Below, piece after piece: positions 61,183 to 64,000 of a stretch of 64,000 nt of DNA. This DNA is from Candidatus Bathyarchaeota archaeon. Its GTDB lineage: Archaea > Thermoproteota > Bathyarchaeia > Bathyarchaeales > Bathycorpusculaceae. The position numbers and the translations under genes were made by a program. The DNA lies in assembly GCA_963780185.1 (NCBI GenBank), contig CAWABA010000006.1, positions 800,001 through 864,000 on the forward strand, given 5' to 3'. The notes beneath the pieces are model-generated. The model did no database searches, was not told where the DNA came from, and worked only from the letters and a program-made list of their open reading frames with translations. Position 1 is the first letter of the stretch, and the number at the start of each line of letters is the position of its first letter.

Positions 61183-61893
61183 TCATTGTTTTTCCATTGC
61201 TTTTACTTTGAGTTCTTTAGGCATAAGCTCGATGGCATAACGTAAAGCGGTGCGCGGCATCACAGACTTGTTCTTAACAACGTAATCGAAAACTTCCCTC
61301 TGATGCGTTCTGCTCTCCTCTTTAAGCAACCACCCGTAACCCTTCTGAACCATCTCATCCCCGTCCGTTAAAAGCACGTCACAGATTTCGAGGGCGTCCT
61401 GCAGAAAATCGCCCTTCTTCGCTGGAACGATGAGTGAAACCGCCGAAGCACGCCTGAGCCAGCGGTTCTTGCTTTTAGCCCAAGTTTTCACTTCGCCAAG
61501 GATCTGGGGGTACTTTTGGATTAGGTCGCCGATGGTGTGGTTGCAGAAGCCGTCGCATTTAGCCCAATTGTTGATGTAGCATTCAATCCATGTTTTGAAA
61601 GTTGCCAAGTCGCCTGGCTCAAGATTGTCCACGTAGTTGGGCAACCAATTAGAAACCACGAATGCTTCTTCCGTGTAATCCGAACGGTAAAGCTCTTCGC
61701 ACAGCCCAAAAATGGCTTGCTTGTCGAGGGTTTTCACTTGTTTCCAGTAATTCATGGCTATTTTGCCGACAGTCGGGGTTTTAACGCCGTAGTATTTTAC
61801 TTGTTCCTTGAAGAAGCGTTGGAAGGTTTTCTGCGTCTGCGGGTCGGCGTTGGCTGCCAAGTCTTTTCTTAGTTGGGCAAGGATAATGCTCAT
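61183..61893 (-). CDS. alkD: DNA alkylation repair protein (AlkD-like HEAT repeat)
   Basis: YGVKTP, NNWAKCD, NRWLRRAS, MVQKGYGWLLKE, MPRTALRYAIE. Confidence 0.88.
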   Translation of the reverse strand: MSIILAQLRKDLAANADPQTQKTFQRFFKEQVKYYGVKTPTVGKIAMNYWKQVKTLDKQAIFGLCEELYRSDYTEEAFVVSNWLPNYVDNLEPGDLATFKTWIECYINNWAKCDGFCNHTIGDLIQKYPQILGEVKTWAKSKNRWLRRASAVSLIVPAKKGDFLQDALEICDVLLTDGDEMVQKGYGWLLKEESRTHQREVFDYVVKNKSVMPRTALRYAIELMPKELKVKAMEKQ

Positions 61894-61977
61894 GTGTGAT
61901 AAAGCGTTTTTTGGTGAATAATAGCTTTTCCTGAAAAAAACAAATTAAACTTCAAAGCAAAAAGTGGAGAGGAAGAG

Positions 61978-62272
61978 TTAGTAATCTTCCATTTGATAGA
62001 GACCCAAGTCGATGTTGAGGGTTTTTTCGGCTTCGTGCGCTCCTTCCAAATCATAGAGGCACTCGTGTAGCTTTGTCCAGCCTGCTGGTTCTTTTCGGAG
62101 CCATCTTCGACTTAGCCATCCCAACCTTCATTTTGCTCTTGTGTTTGGGACCCATGTGTGGACCGCTTATGACCATGGAGTTGTCGATCATTTTTGGGAC
62201 AACCTCAACTTTAACGTCTTCAATGTTCAGCGGGTTCTTGAGGGCTTCGTCGTGTAAGGGGTGTTTAGTCAA
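61978..62272 (-). CDS. ~97-aa protein ending in an FtsZ-like C-terminal peptide; one extra base
   Basis: TTG at 62272 overlaps the RHH stop, GGAGG upstream; span is 3n+1; removing one A near 62093 gives ...APKEPAGWTKLHECLYDLEGAHEAEKTLNIDLGLYQMEDY. Confidence 0.6.
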
Positions 62273-62420
62273 CGCCCTTTCGCCTCCAAACTTCAGCGCT
62301 GATTAAGTCTCGAATTGCGACCCTGATGGCTTCGGCGCGGTTAGGATAGAACCGCTCGTCAACCAGCTGGTCCAAAGCTTTTATATAGGTTTCAGGCAGA
62401 TACAGAGTAATTAGTTTCAT
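62265..62420 (-). CDS. Ribbon-helix-helix regulator, CdrS-like (51 aa, absent from the ORF track)
   Basis: MKLITLYLPETYIKALDQLVDERFYPNRAEAIRVAIRDLISAEVWRRKGVD; YPNRAEAIR matches the CdrS-type RHH signature as recalled. Confidence 0.9.
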   Translation of the reverse strand: MKLITLYLPETYIKALDQLVDERFYPNRAEAIRVAIRDLISAEVWRRKGVD

Positions 62421-62633
62421 TAGTTTATCTCTTCCAATTTGTGATTAAACAACAGAGGGAGGGTCGCAACCTATACATGTATATAATATGCCTGAAATAT
62501 GCCTATAACATGTTGATGCCACAGCATATAAGCGTTAAACAGGCATTGGTGCAGCTTTCTGTCAATTTCCATTCAGCAACCTTTAAGTTTTTATCCCTTG
62601 CTGAAATATCTAACATGCTGGTGTACATGGTTA

Positions 62634-64000
62634 TTGCGGGTTTTCCTTAAAAACTTCGGCTGCTCAGCAAACACAGCTGACGGCGAAGTCTTGGCAGGAT
62701 GCTTATCACAAGCTGGCTACCAACTCACCACTTCAGAAACCGAAGCAAACGTGCTAATCTACAACACCTGCGCAGTGAAGGGACCAACAGAAAACCGCAT
62801 CATAAACGCCATGAAACAAGCGCCAAAAGGCAAAAAACTCATCGTCGCAGGCTGCCTGCCCATGATTAGTTTTGAGCGGCTGCTTCGGGAAGTGCGCTTT
62901 GACGGCGCAGTCGGTCCCTCGGTCGGGGAAGGAATTGTGGATGTTGTTTCCGGGTTGCCGCAGGGGAAAGAGTTATCGATTTAGGCAATTTGAACGGGAA
63001 GCCGAAACTGGACCTTCCCAAAGTCAGGTCTAACCCTGTTGTAAGCGTGGTTCCGATAAATTATGGTTGCCTTGGCTCCTGCGCTTACTGCTGCGTTGTC
63101 CATGCGAGAGGGCATCTGCGAAGCTACAGCGTCAAAGAAGTTGTTGACCGAGTAAGAAGCGACCTTGCAGACGGCGCCAAGGAGTTTTGGGTTACTTCGC
63201 AGGATACCGCCTGTTACGGGAGAGATTTGCACAGTAACCTTGCGGAGCTGCTTGAGGCGTTGGATGGGTTGGCGGGTGATTTTCGGGTGCGGGTCGGCAT
63301 GATGACTCCGAACATGGTAACCGACATGCAGGATCGAGCTAATTGAGCGCTTTCAAAAGCGACAAGGTCTTCAAGTTTCTGCATTTGCCTGTGCAAAGCG
63401 GCGACGACGAGACGTTGAAGCGGATGCGCAGGTTTTACACAGCAGCAGAATTCAAGGCAATTGTCGACGCGTTTAGAGCGACAGTTTCCCGATTTAACGC
63501 TTGCCACCGACGTCATCGTAGGGTTCCCAGGGGAAACAGAGGAGGCTTTTGAGAACACCCTCAGCCTGCTGGAGGAAGTTAAGCCTGACGTGACCAATGT
63601 TTCCAAGTTTTTCGCCAGACCAAAAACCGCGGCTGCCCAAATCCAAGATGGACTTGGTTGAAAAAGAAGAGATTAAGCGCAGAAGCGCAGTGGCGGCGGA
63701 GTTGGCTAGGCGGATTTCTTTGGAGCGGAATAAGCGTTGGGTCGGCTGGGTTGGGGAAGTGCTGGTTGATGAAAAGGGCAAGGTTGATGGGTCATGGGTG
63801 GGACGCAACTTTGCTTACAAACCAGTCGCAGTAAAAAGCACGGAGAATTTGCTTGGCAAAACAGTCAAAGTAAAAGTTGAAGCCGCCGCTGGAACCTACC
63901 TCAAAGGAACGATCTCTGAAGGGATTGAGCAAAATAACAATGAATTTACATTTTTGTGGCAAGATCAAGAGTCTACTAGACATGGGTGTGTACTGCGGGT
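62634..64000 (+). CDS. tRNA t6A37 methylthiotransferase (MiaB-like, archaeal e-MtaB); about four frameshifts; homology ends near 63915
   Basis: FGCSAN, NTCAVK, AGCLP, GCLGSCAYC radical SAM motif, HLPVQSG, TDVIVGFPGET, C-terminal TRAM. Confidence 0.9.

Noticed and set aside
62634-64000. Functional clustering of the methylthiotransferase with tRNA-Lys(UUU)
   Set aside because: They are 48 kb apart; co-occurrence in the window is coincidental

Overview
64 kb of an archaeal chromosome. Gene content (A/V-type ATP synthase, CdvA-like protein, pyruvoyl arginine decarboxylase, archaeal tRNA, PE-type sorting tails) suggests Bathyarchaeia; this is an inference, not a database result. From left to right it holds: a large membrane/helical protein; a PRTase plus alpha/beta-hydrolase pair; a type I restriction-modification locus with three cargo genes (a stand-alone HEPN protein and an HTH-MNT/HEPN pair); a CdvA-like protein; PadR; tRNA-Lys(UUU); an accessory stretch (HtrA, VapBC, a decayed tRNA-Leu 3' half, an HTH-MMPL pair, an NHL-repeat surface protein); a full A/V-ATPase cluster with subunit I inverted and a USP plus an unannotated 56-aa protein inserted; membrane and surface proteases; a NapH/NosR-like plus NosD-like module; two tandem Amt genes; tRNA-modification genes; and an ABC transporter. 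Near the right end, a CdrS-like RHH gene is coupled to a ~97-aa ORF that looks like an FtsZ C-terminal tail without a GTPase domain. Non-coding features include a dispersed hairpin-linker repeat family and a 10-bp-phased AGTC array. Many genes carry single-base indels, most likely long-read assembly errors. All family assignments come from motif recognition by eye; no searches were run.
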